A DNA stretch of 64,000 nt from the NCBI GenBank assembly GCA_963772835.1, contig CAVYYZ010000002.1, positions 416,001 through 480,000 of the forward strand, read 5' to 3'. Positions 18,108-28,594 of this stretch are shown piece by piece. The notes under the pieces are model-generated. The model was given only the letters and a program-made list of their open reading frames with translations, was not told the origin of the DNA and made no database searches. Position numbers and translations under genes: made by a program. The stretch's first letter is position 1. The number at the start of each line of letters is the position of its first letter. Source of the stretch: an uncultured delta proteobacterium (lineage in GTDB: Bacteria; Desulfobacterota; Desulfuromonadia; Geobacterales; Pseudopelobacteraceae).

Positions 18108-18887
18108 ATGAAAGGATTCCGGCACGTGATTCCGGCAGTTCTCTTCTGCCTGCTACTGCAGTTTTCGGCAGTCCATGCGGAAATAACACCCCCCTCCCGG
18201 GAAGTGACTCACATAAGTCCGCTCTGCTCAAGCTTCAACGAATTCAACAGCATGATTCGCGACGGCCGAATTTCTAAAGTCACTGCACGCTCTGAACTAC
18301 CCGTGAAACTGGACGGGATTCGGGCTGAATATTACCAGCGCGGAGGCAGAAATTATTCGTCAGCAGAGTGGATTTTTCCGGTTGCCGGTTACGATTTCAA
18401 AGCCATCGACAGGGGGGGGAACCACGGATTCATTCCGCGCGGCTATAACTTCTTCAACGGTAACCGCCACGGCGGCCATCCGGCCTACGACATCTTTATC
18501 CGTGACAGGAACCAGGACAGCCGTGATGACCGGAGCGGTAAGGCGGTGTCGGTTCTCTCCATGACCGGAGGGATAGTGGTTGCCCTCGAAAAGGGATGGC
18601 ACCAGGGAAGTGCCCTTCGGGGAGGGAAGTATATCTGGATCTATGATCCCGCCAACGAGCTGCTGGTCTACTACGCCCATAATGAAGAACTGTTTGTTGA
18701 GTTGGGAGCAATAGTCCGGCCGGGTGATCTATTGGCAACGATTGGACGGAGCGGCCTGAACGCTGCAAAACGGCGCTCACCGACTCATCTGCATTTTAGT
18801 GTTCTCCGCATCACCGATGGTCAACCGCTACCGGTTCCGGTCTACCGTGATTTACAACGGACCGGAAGAATTCCAGCGCAGAATTGA
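18108..18887 (+). CDS. M23 family metallopeptidase
   Basis: HPAYD (HxxxD), YYAHN, THLHF; signal peptide after the ATG at 18108. Confidence 0.85.
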   Translation: MKGFRHVIPAVLFCLLLQFSAVHAEITPPSREVTHISPLCSSFNEFNSMIRDGRISKVTARSELPVKLDGIRAEYYQRGGRNYSSAEWIFPVAGYDFKAIDRGGNHGFIPRGYNFFNGNRHGGHPAYDIFIRDRNQDSRDDRSGKAVSVLSMTGGIVVALEKGWHQGSALRGGKYIWIYDPANELLVYYAHNEELFVELGAIVRPGDLLATIGRSGLNAAKRRSPTHLHFSVLRITDGQPLPVPVYRDLQRTGRIPAQN

Positions 18888-19052
18888 ATTCGTCTGGTTC
18901 ATGCCTATCCCGTCCGTTAAATAATGCAAATTTTAGTTGGCTTTTCAATATAATACCGTTATATATGCTGCCACTATTCTCCATGACTGTACACACATTT
19001 GCCACACAGCCGCACCCCGATTGTCAACACCGACAAGGCCAAAGGGTTTTGC

Positions 19053-19967
19053 ATGATTGTTATGCCGGGATACAGCATATCGACGCTTCTCTACCGCGGT
19101 TACCGGACGGTTGTTTATCAGGCGGTTCGCACCCGTGATTCTCTTCCGGTAGTCTTAAAAACCCTTCAGCCCGAGTATGCCACACCTGAAAACTTCGGCC
19201 GTCTCAAACATGAATATGAAATAAGCAAAGAGCTCGATCTGGAAGGCGTTGTAAAAACTGTCGGCCTTGAATCGTACGACGGGGTACCGGTACTGGTACT
19301 GGAGGATTTCGGCGGTGTCTCCCTGAAAAGCCGAATACCGGCTGAAGGCATGAATACGACCGAATTTTTGAAATGCGCTGTACAAATTTCAAAGGCACTC
19401 GGCGAGTTACATTCCCGCCAGATCATTCATAAAGACATCAAACCCTCCAACTTTATCGTTAATCCTTCAACCGGAGTAACCAAGATCACCGACTTCGGCA
19501 TATCCTCGCGTCTGCAACAGGAATATTACTCGGCGGTGATCTCCGATTTTTTCGAAGGCAGCGTCATCTACATGTCCCCCGAGCAGACCGGCCGTATGAA
19601 TCGCGCGGTGGACTACCGGACCGACTTCTATTCCGTCGGCATCTCTTTTTACGAATTGCTGACCGGTCGACTCCCGTTCCAGGCAAAAGATCAAATGGAA
19701 TGGGTACATTGCCATATCGCCCGCCCACCCCTCCATCCCCATCTGGTTAATCCGGAGATTCCAGAGGCGCTGTCTGCCATCATAATGAAACTCATGGCAA
19801 AGACCGCAGAGGATCGCTATCAAAGCGCCCATGGTCTTGTCGCAGATCTGGAAAAGTGTCTGGAGCAGCTTGGTTCCGGAGGGAGAAATTGTTTTCTTTA
19901 CTCCCGGCAGTCAGGATGTGTCAAACCGGTTCCAGATCGCCCAGAAACTCTACGGCAGAGACGATGA
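19053..19967 (+). CDS. Ser/Thr kinase domain, N-terminal part of a frameshifted kinase-AAA-GAF-histidine kinase hybrid
   Basis: VVLK, HKDIKPSN, DFG, YMSPEQTGRMNR, DFYSVG; recognisable sequence switches frame near 19880. Confidence 0.85.
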   Translation: MIVMPGYSISTLLYRGYRTVVYQAVRTRDSLPVVLKTLQPEYATPENFGRLKHEYEISKELDLEGVVKTVGLESYDGVPVLVLEDFGGVSLKSRIPAEGMNTTEFLKCAVQISKALGELHSRQIIHKDIKPSNFIVNPSTGVTKITDFGISSRLQQEYYSAVISDFFEGSVIYMSPEQTGRMNRAVDYRTDFYSVGISFYELLTGRLPFQAKDQMEWVHCHIARPPLHPHLVNPEIPEALSAIIMKLMAKTAEDRYQSAHGLVADLEKCLEQLGSGGRNCFLYSRQSGCVKPVPDRPETLRQRR

Positions 19968-22900
19968 GATTAAAACCCTGCTTGATGCCTTCGATCGCGT
20001 CTGTGAGGGGGGCTCGGAACTGGTGCTGGTGACCGGTTACTCCGGAATAGGAAAGTCACGGATCGTCAGGGAGATACACAAGCCGGTCGTCAGGCACCAC
20101 GGATATTTCATCAGCGGCAAATTCGACCAGTTCCAGCGGGACACTCCCTACGTCTGCCTGATCCAGGCCTTCCGTGAACTTGTTAACCAGATTCTTACCG
20201 AGAGTGACGAAGCGATCGCCCGTTGGAAAAAACGGCTGGCGGAGGCCCTCGATCGTAACGGCCAGGTTATCATAGATGTTATCCCCGAAGTGCAGCAGAT
20301 CATCGGTGAGCAGCACCTGTTGCAGGAACTCCCGGCGGCGGAATCACAGAATCGTTTCAACATGGTTTTCAGACAGTTCGTGGGCGTATTTGCGAGAAAA
20401 GAACACCCCCTGGTCATTTTCACCGACGACCTCCACTGGGCCGACACCGCCTCCCTGAAACTGGTGCAGAATATCATTTCTGCTCCTGACACGTGTCATG
20501 TCCTTCTGATTGGAGCCTACCGCGATAATGAAGTGGACAGTACCCACCCTCTCATGCACGCTCTCGAGGAAATTAAAAGTTCCGGGGCGGCGCTCCAGAT
20601 CATCTCGCTCGGCGCGCTCGGTGCCGGTGACATCACCCGGTTGATCGGTGACTCTTTTGCCACTCCTGCGAATGAGTCACAATCTCTGGCAGAGCTGCTG
20701 CTCGCCAAAACCGGAGGAAATCCATATTTTGTCAATGAACTTCTGAAGAAGCTCCATGACGACGGCTTGTTGACGTTTGAACCTTCAAACAGCTGCTGGA
20801 ACTGGGATCTGAAACAGGTTGAGCGGGTTCGCATTGCTAACAGCATGGCGGAACTGATTGCCGGAAAAATGCACAATCTGCCGGAGACGACCCGGCGCGC
20901 GTTAAGTTTTGGGGCCTGTATCGGCAGTCAATTCACTCTCGCAACCCTCGCCCTCGTGATGGCACACACAGAGAATGAAACAGCTCGAGACCTCTGGCCC
21001 GCCGTATGTGGCGGGTTCATATTTACCGAAGGCAGCTTCAATATCGACCGGTGGTATGAATCCCGGACTTCTGTCCTTTTTTCTTTTATTCACGACAGTG
21101 TCCAGCAGGCCTCCTACTCGCTCATGGACGAGGATGCCCGGCGTGAGACCCACGTCAGAATCGGGCGGCAGTTGCTGGAAAACTCCTCTCCGGAGGAGCG
21201 GGAAACCCGTTTGTTCGATATTGTCAACCACCTTGACGACACCAGGGCGATGATAACCGATCCGGCGGAACGAAAACTGGTGGCCGGACTCAACCTGAAA
21301 GCCGGAGAAAAGGCGCTGGCTTCAAACGCATACGAATCGGCCCTCAAGTACCTTACGACCGCGATGGATCTATTGGAGGAAGACCCCTGGCGGAGCGATT
21401 ATCATCTCACCAGCTCACTTCACATCAAACGGCTTGAGTGTGAGCTGCTCTGCAACAATTTTGAACAGGCTGAGCGGCTTTTTGATGAAAACCTCAAAAT
21501 GCTTAGGACCCCGTCAGAAAAGGCTGTTGTCTACACTATTAAAATCGTTCTCTGCTCCAACCTGGGGCGCTTCAGTGAGGCCATAAATCTTGGAGCAGAG
21601 GCGTTGAGGATGTTCGGGGTTACGCTTCCTTTCACTCCCGGCAAACCGGCAATTCTTCTGCAATACCTTAAATCCCGCCGGCTTCGTGCCCGGAGGAGGC
21701 GTGAAGGGTACACCGAAATCGCAGAGCTCATCCGCCTGCCGGAGATGTCCGATCCGGACATGCTGGCAGTCATGGGCATCCTGTCGAACATCGGAGCACC
21801 ATCATATCTGCATGACAAGAACCAGTTTGCCCTGATCGCCATGATGATGGTCAATCTATCGCTCGAGCATGGCAACAACGCACTGTCATCAATCGCATAC
21901 AGTCTCTACGGGATGATGATTATCGCCGCCTTTGGTGAATTTGACAGCGGGTATGATTTCGGGATCATGGCTCTCAGGCTGAATGAAAATTCCGGGAACA
22001 CCCTTGCAAGAGGCAAGACCGCCTTTGTATTTCATAATTTCATTGCCCACCGCAAGAAACCTCTTTCGCAGGGGAGTGATGCGCTCAAAGATATTTTTCA
22101 GGAGTGCCTTCGCTGCGGCGACCTCATGTATGCCGGATATTCACTCCTGGCGCGCATTCTGCATCTTTCCACAGCCGGCACCCCCCTGGGCACGCTCCTG
22201 ACGGAAGGGGACCGGTATCTTGAATTTCTGCAACGGGTGCAAAACGAGGATGCGGTTCTCTTCGTCAGGGTCGTACAGCAGACAGCTCTCTGTCTGATGG
22301 GAAAGACCCGCGAAATATCCTGCTTCACAGACGACCGGTACGACGAAGAGCGCCAGCGTGACCTGATGATGGATAAGAAGGCATTAGTCCCGTTACAGGG
22401 GTTTTACCTGTTCAAGGGCATGACACTCTATATCCTGGGAGACTATGAAAACTCCCTTAAAATGGCCGAGAAATCTGAGGCGCTTTCCGAAGAAGCCCTC
22501 TGCCAGTCATATCATGCCGATCATTATCTCTATTATTCTCTTGCCATTGCCGCGATGTGGCACGAGCTGCCATGGAGAAGGAAGATACACTTCAAAACTG
22601 TCCTGAACAGAAATCTGAAAAAGCTTGCGGCCTGGTCGCGGCACTGCCCGGAGAACTTCCGTCACAAAGAATTGCTCGTAGCAGGGGAAATCGCCAGAAC
22701 GTCAGGAGAGGCTTCGCAGGCACTCAGGATGTTTGAAAAAGCAGCCGCTGCCGCCGTTGAGAACGGTTTCATTCACTGCGGAGCGATCGCCTCTGAACTT
22801 TCCGCAGAAATATATCTGGCACAGGGGGCCGAGACAGCGGCACGCGCATGTATGGTAAAGGCCCGTAACGCTTTCTCGGTCTGGGGCGCAGCGGCCAAAG

Positions 22901-24414
22901 TGAAACTCCTGGAGGAGAGCCGCCCCGAATGGTTCATGACTCCGGATGTTATATCGCCCTCAAGCGGCGAAACGACTCATACCGCGACTGCGGCATCCAC
23001 CTCCGGCGGCAGCGGGGCGCTGGACATGATGACTGTCATCAAGGTGTCACAGGCTATTTCGGGGGAGGTCTACCTTGACCGCCTGTTGCACCGTCTGCTC
23101 GGCTTTGTAATTGAGAACGCCGGGGCAGACCGGGGAATTCTGGTACTGAAGCGGGATAACAGGCTGTTCATCGAAGCTGAAGGCACGACCGACACCGACA
23201 GCACCGTCGTTCTCCAGTCCATACCGGTTGACGGCTGCCGCGGTATACCCGAATCAATTGTAAATTATGTTGCGCGGACAAATGACTATGTGGTGCTGGA
23301 TGATGCCGCCAATAACGGCAAATTTGCCCACGATCCGTACATTCTTGAGAAATCCTCAAAATCCATTCTCTGTACTCCCATCGTCAATCAGGGAAGGATG
23401 ACCGGCGTCCTCTACCTGGAGAACAGTCTTGCAACCGGTGCCTTTACAAAGCAAAGGCTCAGAGTGCTTGAACTCCTCTCATCACAGGTCGCAATCTCAA
23501 TTGAGAATGCGCGATTGTATGAGGGTTTGAAGAGTGCGACTGAAGAGCTTGAGGAGTACAACCGGACTCTGGAACAAAAGGTTGAGATACGCACGAAGGA
23601 GTTGAGCGAAGAGGTTGAAATTCGAAAAAAAGCTGAGGAAACGGCCGAAGAGGCGAACAGAATTAAATCCAATTTTCTCAGTACCGTTTCACATGAATTA
23701 CGGACTCCGCTGACCTCAGTGCTCGGCTTTGCACGAATTATCAGAAAGAAGCTGGATGAATCGGTGCTGCCGGCTCTCAAACTTGAAGACACGAAAGCAG
23801 CAAAATCACTGGGACAGATCCGGGACGTCACCGAGATTATTATCATTGAGGGAGAGCGCCTCACGTTACTGATAGACGATGTGCTTGACCTGGCTAAAAT
23901 GGAAGCCGGCAAGATCACCTGGAATGTGCAGCAGCTTTCGATAGCCGAAATCATCGACCGGGCAACATCGTCGGTATCCTCGCTTCTGGAACAGAAAAAT
24001 CTGCAATTGATCACGACCATCGACGACGGGTTGCCGGAAATATCAGGCGACCGGGATCGACTGATACAGGTAGTCATCAACCTGATTTCAAACGCCTGGA
24101 AATTTACCAATGAAGGTTCGATTACAATTCATGCCTGCCTGATTGAAGTGACAGAGGGACATCCGTTCATACAGGTCGGCATTACCGACACCGGCATCGG
24201 CATCAGTCCGGAAGACCTGGAGAAGGTGTTCGAAAAGTTCAAACAGGTGGGTGACACCCTGACTGACAAGCCGAAAGGGACTGGGCTGGGACTGCCGATC
24301 TGCAGAGAAATCGTGGATTATCACGGCGGCAGTATCTGGGTGGACAGCGAACCCGGCAAAGGGAGTACGTTCTTCTTTACTATTTCAACTGAACCTCGAT
24401 ATGCCACTACATGA
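19831..24414 (+). CDS. AAA ATPase + helical region + GAF + HisKA/HATPase_c, C-terminal part of the hybrid kinase
   Basis: KLYGR, Walker A GYSGIGKS, DDLHWAD, GGNPYF, GAF with LYLEN, SHELRTPL, NLISNA, DTGIG, GTGLGL. Confidence 0.9.
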   Translation: MVLSQIWKSVWSSLVPEGEIVFFTPGSQDVSNRFQIAQKLYGRDDEIKTLLDAFDRVCEGGSELVLVTGYSGIGKSRIVREIHKPVVRHHGYFISGKFDQFQRDTPYVCLIQAFRELVNQILTESDEAIARWKKRLAEALDRNGQVIIDVIPEVQQIIGEQHLLQELPAAESQNRFNMVFRQFVGVFARKEHPLVIFTDDLHWADTASLKLVQNIISAPDTCHVLLIGAYRDNEVDSTHPLMHALEEIKSSGAALQIISLGALGAGDITRLIGDSFATPANESQSLAELLLAKTGGNPYFVNELLKKLHDDGLLTFEPSNSCWNWDLKQVERVRIANSMAELIAGKMHNLPETTRRALSFGACIGSQFTLATLALVMAHTENETARDLWPAVCGGFIFTEGSFNIDRWYESRTSVLFSFIHDSVQQASYSLMDEDARRETHVRIGRQLLENSSPEERETRLFDIVNHLDDTRAMITDPAERKLVAGLNLKAGEKALASNAYESALKYLTTAMDLLEEDPWRSDYHLTSSLHIKRLECELLCNNFEQAERLFDENLKMLRTPSEKAVVYTIKIVLCSNLGRFSEAINLGAEALRMFGVTLPFTPGKPAILLQYLKSRRLRARRRREGYTEIAELIRLPEMSDPDMLAVMGILSNIGAPSYLHDKNQFALIAMMMVNLSLEHGNNALSSIAYSLYGMMIIAAFGEFDSGYDFGIMALRLNENSGNTLARGKTAFVFHNFIAHRKKPLSQGSDALKDIFQECLRCGDLMYAGYSLLARILHLSTAGTPLGTLLTEGDRYLEFLQRVQNEDAVLFVRVVQQTALCLMGKTREISCFTDDRYDEERQRDLMMDKKALVPLQGFYLFKGMTLYILGDYENSLKMAEKSEALSEEALCQSYHADHYLYYSLAIAAMWHELPWRRKIHFKTVLNRNLKKLAAWSRHCPENFRHKELLVAGEIARTSGEASQALRMFEKAAAAAVENGFIHCGAIASELSAEIYLAQGAETAARACMVKARNAFSVWGAAAKVKLLEESRPEWFMTPDVISPSSGETTHTATAASTSGGSGALDMMTVIKVSQAISGEVYLDRLLHRLLGFVIENAGADRGILVLKRDNRLFIEAEGTTDTDSTVVLQSIPVDGCRGIPESIVNYVARTNDYVVLDDAANNGKFAHDPYILEKSSKSILCTPIVNQGRMTGVLYLENSLATGAFTKQRLRVLELLSSQVAISIENARLYEGLKSATEELEEYNRTLEQKVEIRTKELSEEVEIRKKAEETAEEANRIKSNFLSTVSHELRTPLTSVLGFARIIRKKLDESVLPALKLEDTKAAKSLGQIRDVTEIIIIEGERLTLLIDDVLDLAKMEAGKITWNVQQLSIAEIIDRATSSVSSLLEQKNLQLITTIDDGLPEISGDRDRLIQVVINLISNAWKFTNEGSITIHACLIEVTEGHPFIQVGITDTGIGISPEDLEKVFEKFKQVGDTLTDKPKGTGLGLPICREIVDYHGGSIWVDSEPGKGSTFFFTISTEPRYATT

Positions 24415-24803
24415 GGAGAATGATCATGCCTAAAATACTGATAGTTGATGACGAGCCGTACATCCGGCAACTGCTTGAACTGACGCTGGAGGAGTTGGAG
24501 GATGAAGGAGTGGAACTGCTGTCCTCCACTAATGGGGATGAGGCGCTGGAAGCGATACTAAAGGAAAAACCCTGTCTGGTTTTTCTTGATGTGATGATGC
24601 CGAAAAAGAACGGATTCGAAGTCTGCAATGTGGTGAAAAACGAACGGGGCATGACTGATATCTACGTTGTTCTGTTAACAGCTAAAGGTCAGGAATTCGA
24701 CAAGGAAAAGGGGCGGGAGGTTGGGGCTGACATGTACATGACAAAACCCTTTAATCCGGACGAGGTTCTCGCTAAGGCCCGGGAAATAACAGCACGGCCG
24801 TAA
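24411..24803 (+). CDS. Single-domain response regulator (receiver)
   Basis: ILIVDDE, FLDVMMP, LLTAKG, TKPF; true start may be 24420 or 24426. Confidence 0.9.
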   Translation: MRRMIMPKILIVDDEPYIRQLLELTLEELEDEGVELLSSTNGDEALEAILKEKPCLVFLDVMMPKKNGFEVCNVVKNERGMTDIYVVLLTAKGQEFDKEKGREVGADMYMTKPFNPDEVLAKAREITARP

Positions 24804-24842
24804 TTTTTTATTTTATCAATCAATTCACAGGTGGGGAAGCGC

Positions 24843-26216
24843 ATGGCAAAAGCGGTACTCAAAAGATTACTGGCGAAATCTGAGATTTCAACACTTGTAC
24901 AGGCATGCTGTCAAACAGTACAGACGCCTGTCCGCATCTTTGATAACAAAGGGACACCGCTGTTCGGAGAATCAGGCGAACAAAAATTCAGATGTACGAT
25001 TCCCCTGAGAGAGGGGGACAAAATCATCGGTGAGGTCAAAGGGGGAGATGACTGCACCATCGTGGTTTCCCTGCTGCAATACATGATAAATGCCGAGTCT
25101 GAGCGGGTGGCTCTGGGGCGCGAAACGCTCGAAAAGTACCGGGAAATCAGCATGCTCTGTGACTTCGGAGCAAAAATCGGCAGTTGTCTGGAAACGAATG
25201 AGGTCGTCCGAATTATAACAAGTGAAATCAGAAAAATGGTGGCTGCAGATGTCATTGCCGTGCTGCTGTGTGACGACCATGAGGTTGTAACCGACATACT
25301 CTCTGATAACGGGAGCGGAGGAGATCTTCTGGTCGTGTCGCTTGCAGAGGGTGAAGTGGTGGGAAACTTCCTGATAACGGCCACACCGGAGATCGTAAAC
25401 AACCTGGCATCCGACCCCCGCTCCGCCGCCCTCCCCCGGACATTCAGCTCCATGATGTGTACCCCGCTTAAAATCCAGGAAAAAACTGTAGGATACGTCT
25501 GTGCGGCAAGTCTGAAACGGACGGAGTACCGGGCCCGGGACTTGAAGCTGCTCACCACACTTTCAGATCAGACCGCAGTGGCTCTCGAAAAAGCCCGGCT
25601 GTATAAACGGCTGGAAGAGACCTTCTACGCCATGGTCCGGACTCTGGCAGAAACGATTGAAAAGCGCGACCCGTATACCGGGAACCATACCAAACGGGTG
25701 GTTGATTACAGCCTTGCCATCGCCGGAAAGCTCGGACTGCCGAAAGAGTATTACGTCAGGCTCGAACTCGCAGCAGCCCTGCATGATATAGGAAAACTGG
25801 GGGTGCGCGATGATGTACTCCTGAAAAACGGACCGTTGACGCGTGAGGAATTTGCTCAGATGAAGAAACATCCGACATATGGAGAAGAGATTTTGAAACA
25901 TATCAAACATCTCGAAGATGTCATTCCGGGCATAAAATATCACCACGAGCGCTGCGATGGGAGAGGCTATCCGTACGGCTTGAAAGGAGAGGAGATCGAC
26001 ATCACCGCCAGAATCATTGCTGTTGCAGACTCTTTTGACGCCATGACAACAGACCGGCCGTATCGTGCGGCGCTTTCTCCGGATGTTGCAATCAAAGAAC
26101 TGATCAGGTTCAGCGGCACCCAGTTTGATTCTGCAGTAGTAGAGGCATTCCTGTCGGTTCCGGTTCAGAAAAATCCGGGGATAAGAGCTGCTCGAAAGGG
26201 GTCGTCAGATGCATGA
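24843..26216 (+). CDS. GAF + HD-GYP cyclic-dinucleotide phosphodiesterase
   Basis: RDPYTGNHT, LHDIGK, HHERCDGRGYP, VADSFDAMTTDRPYR. Confidence 0.9.
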   Translation: MAKAVLKRLLAKSEISTLVQACCQTVQTPVRIFDNKGTPLFGESGEQKFRCTIPLREGDKIIGEVKGGDDCTIVVSLLQYMINAESERVALGRETLEKYREISMLCDFGAKIGSCLETNEVVRIITSEIRKMVAADVIAVLLCDDHEVVTDILSDNGSGGDLLVVSLAEGEVVGNFLITATPEIVNNLASDPRSAALPRTFSSMMCTPLKIQEKTVGYVCAASLKRTEYRARDLKLLTTLSDQTAVALEKARLYKRLEETFYAMVRTLAETIEKRDPYTGNHTKRVVDYSLAIAGKLGLPKEYYVRLELAAALHDIGKLGVRDDVLLKNGPLTREEFAQMKKHPTYGEEILKHIKHLEDVIPGIKYHHERCDGRGYPYGLKGEEIDITARIIAVADSFDAMTTDRPYRAALSPDVAIKELIRFSGTQFDSAVVEAFLSVPVQKNPGIRAARKGSSDA

Positions 26217-27576
26217 AGACATGTTCGATGTTGTAATCATCGGGGGCGGACCGGCCGGCCTCAGTATCGCCTCGGAGCTTTCTGCGGAGTGCCGGGTACT
26301 GGTGCTTGAAAAGGGGATCGCGGGGGCAACAGACCGGTTCTGGTTTGTTCCACCGGAAGTGCTGGATGAAACGACTGAACGGTTTTCGTATGGAGGTGTG
26401 ACCCGCTTCCTTACCAGAACCTACAGCATGAACGGCAATGATCTTGCCTGGCGGGCAAAACTGTATGACCGCTATCCGTATATCAAGGATCGCGAACTCC
26501 TGACACATTGGGTCGGGGTAATACGGGGCAACGGCTCACAGGTGCGTGAAAACTGCACCTACATGGATCACGTGACTGATGATACCGGCGTCTCCGTGAC
26601 CAGCAGCAGCGGGAACTTTCGGGCCCGGCTCCTCATTGATGCCTCAGGGTACAGTTCGACGATCGTCAAAAAATACGCAATAGATCAAAGCGAGTTCTAC
26701 TGGTGGTCAGTGTATGGAGCCGTTGGCGAACACCCGGACGGCATCGGTGAGATGCAGGTTGGCGATTATATGATGTGGCAAACGTTCAAGGACGCAGATC
26801 CCGGTTCGCTGGCCGACGGAAAACCGGTTTTTGAATATGAGATCCTGGATGAAAAAAGTTCATATTCATTGATTCTCTATCTCCGCAAGGAGATGGTCGA
26901 CCTGGAAACCATGAAAGCCGAGTACACACGAATCATTACCAACGAAGATTCCACGAAGGATTTTCATAATCTGAAGGTATCCAGCTATCGCTATGGTTGG
27001 TATCCGTCCGGGGCGCTTTCGCAGCAGATCGCCGAAAACCGGGTTGCCTTCGCCGGAGACTCCGGCTGCTGGACCACCCCCTGCGGTTGGGGAATGACGT
27101 TTATTCTTAATAACTACCGGCACTTTGCCAAAGGCATTCTGACGTGTCTGGCGCATGATACTCTCGACAAACAGGGCCTTCTGAATGCGTCACTGTACCG
27201 GATTCATGATAAATACGAAATAATGATGAATGTCATAGCAACTCATTTTCTCGCCAACGCGACAACGAAGGAGCTTGACCGCTTCATAAACCTTTTCAGG
27301 ATCATCGATCCGATCCTCTGTGAAAAAGTATTTACACTGAAAATGAGTCAGAGTGAGCTGGCGGAAATTCTGCCGGTTGTACTTGAAGAATTCAGCCTCG
27401 CAGAATTATGCCGGATCATTCCGGCTGTCGGGTTCAAGAATCTCCTGCTGGAGGTAGGATACTGCATTGAGGATCTGCTGTTTGATTCTATCAGAGACCT
27501 GTTCAGTTCGAGTCCAGCGTCTGAAACTGATGACGGATTTGATTTTGACGCCGCCGATGCCTGTCCGAATGGCTGA
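26209..27576 (+). CDS. FAD-dependent oxidoreductase (geranylgeranyl reductase / lycopene cyclase-like superfamily)
   Basis: DVVIIGGGPAG, LLIDASG, FAGDSG; overlaps the HD-GYP stop codon. Confidence 0.75.
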   Translation: MHEDMFDVVIIGGGPAGLSIASELSAECRVLVLEKGIAGATDRFWFVPPEVLDETTERFSYGGVTRFLTRTYSMNGNDLAWRAKLYDRYPYIKDRELLTHWVGVIRGNGSQVRENCTYMDHVTDDTGVSVTSSSGNFRARLLIDASGYSSTIVKKYAIDQSEFYWWSVYGAVGEHPDGIGEMQVGDYMMWQTFKDADPGSLADGKPVFEYEILDEKSSYSLILYLRKEMVDLETMKAEYTRIITNEDSTKDFHNLKVSSYRYGWYPSGALSQQIAENRVAFAGDSGCWTTPCGWGMTFILNNYRHFAKGILTCLAHDTLDKQGLLNASLYRIHDKYEIMMNVIATHFLANATTKELDRFINLFRIIDPILCEKVFTLKMSQSELAEILPVVLEEFSLAELCRIIPAVGFKNLLLEVGYCIEDLLFDSIRDLFSSSPASETDDGFDFDAADACPNG

Positions 27577-27592
27577 CCGGGATAGACAGGGG

Positions 27593-28579
27593 TTATTTCC
27601 CCGCCAGCTTGCTTTCCCAGCGCCAGGCATCCGCCACAATCGTCTCGAGATTGTTATAAAGCGGCTGCCAGCCGGTCAGTGACCTGACTTTATCGGCTCT
27701 GGCCACCAGCGAAGCCGGATCTCCCGGGCGACGTTCCGCCTCGACAACCTTTAGATCAACACCGCTGACTTTTTTAACAACCTCCAGAACTTCGCGAACA
27801 CTGCTGCCATGACCATAGCCGACGTTCATGGCGGTTGATTCGCCCCCGTTCTCCAGGTATGTCAATGAGCAGAGGTGAGCCGAAGCAAGGTCTTCGATGT
27901 GGATGTAATCGCGGATACCGGTGCCGTCAGGGGTCGGATAATCGGTGCCGTAGATGCTGACACAGTCACGCATGCCGAGTGCCGCCTGACAGGCAACCTT
28001 GATCAGGTGCGTCGCTTCCGGAGTGCGCTGTCCCATGCGTGCCAGCGGGTCGGCACCTGCTACGTTGAAGTAACGCAGCGCAACGTATTGAATGTCATGC
28101 GCCGACGCGACATCACGCAGCATCCACTCACTCATCAGCTTCGAGGTACCGTAGGGATTGATCGGTGCCTGGGCACTCTCTTCCGACGCCACTCCGCCGT
28201 CGGGAATACCGTACACCGCAGCGGTACTGGAGAAAATAAAGCGTTTGACACCGTATTTCACGCACGCTTCAAGAAGCCCCAGCGTGTTCCGGGTATTATT
28301 GCCGTAGTATTTGAGAGGCTTTGAAACCGATTCCGGGGCGATGATGGCAGCGGCAAAATGCAGAACAGTGGTGAAGCGATACCGTTGAAAAAGCTCTTCC
28401 AGCCCCTCCCGGTCAGCCAGTTCACCTTCAACCAGCTTTTCACCATGCATCAGGGCATCACAAAATCCGGTGGAAAGATTATCATAGACGACTACCGTGC
28501 GCCCCGATTCTGAGAGCTGACGTACCACATGACTGCCGATATACCCGCAACCGCCGGTGACTAGTATTGTTTCTGACAT
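27593..28579 (-). CDS. galE: UDP-glucose 4-epimerase
   Basis: VTGGCGYIGSH, FSSTAAVYG, PYGTSK, LRYFNVAGA, RDYIHIEDLA. Confidence 0.95.
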   Translation of the reverse strand: MSETILVTGGCGYIGSHVVRQLSESGRTVVVYDNLSTGFCDALMHGEKLVEGELADREGLEELFQRYRFTTVLHFAAAIIAPESVSKPLKYYGNNTRNTLGLLEACVKYGVKRFIFSSTAAVYGIPDGGVASEESAQAPINPYGTSKLMSEWMLRDVASAHDIQYVALRYFNVAGADPLARMGQRTPEATHLIKVACQAALGMRDCVSIYGTDYPTPDGTGIRDYIHIEDLASAHLCSLTYLENGGESTAMNVGYGHGSSVREVLEVVKKVSGVDLKVVEAERRPGDPASLVARADKVRSLTGWQPLYNNLETIVADAWRWESKLAGK

Positions 28580-28594
28580 GAGAGGTGCCTTTAC

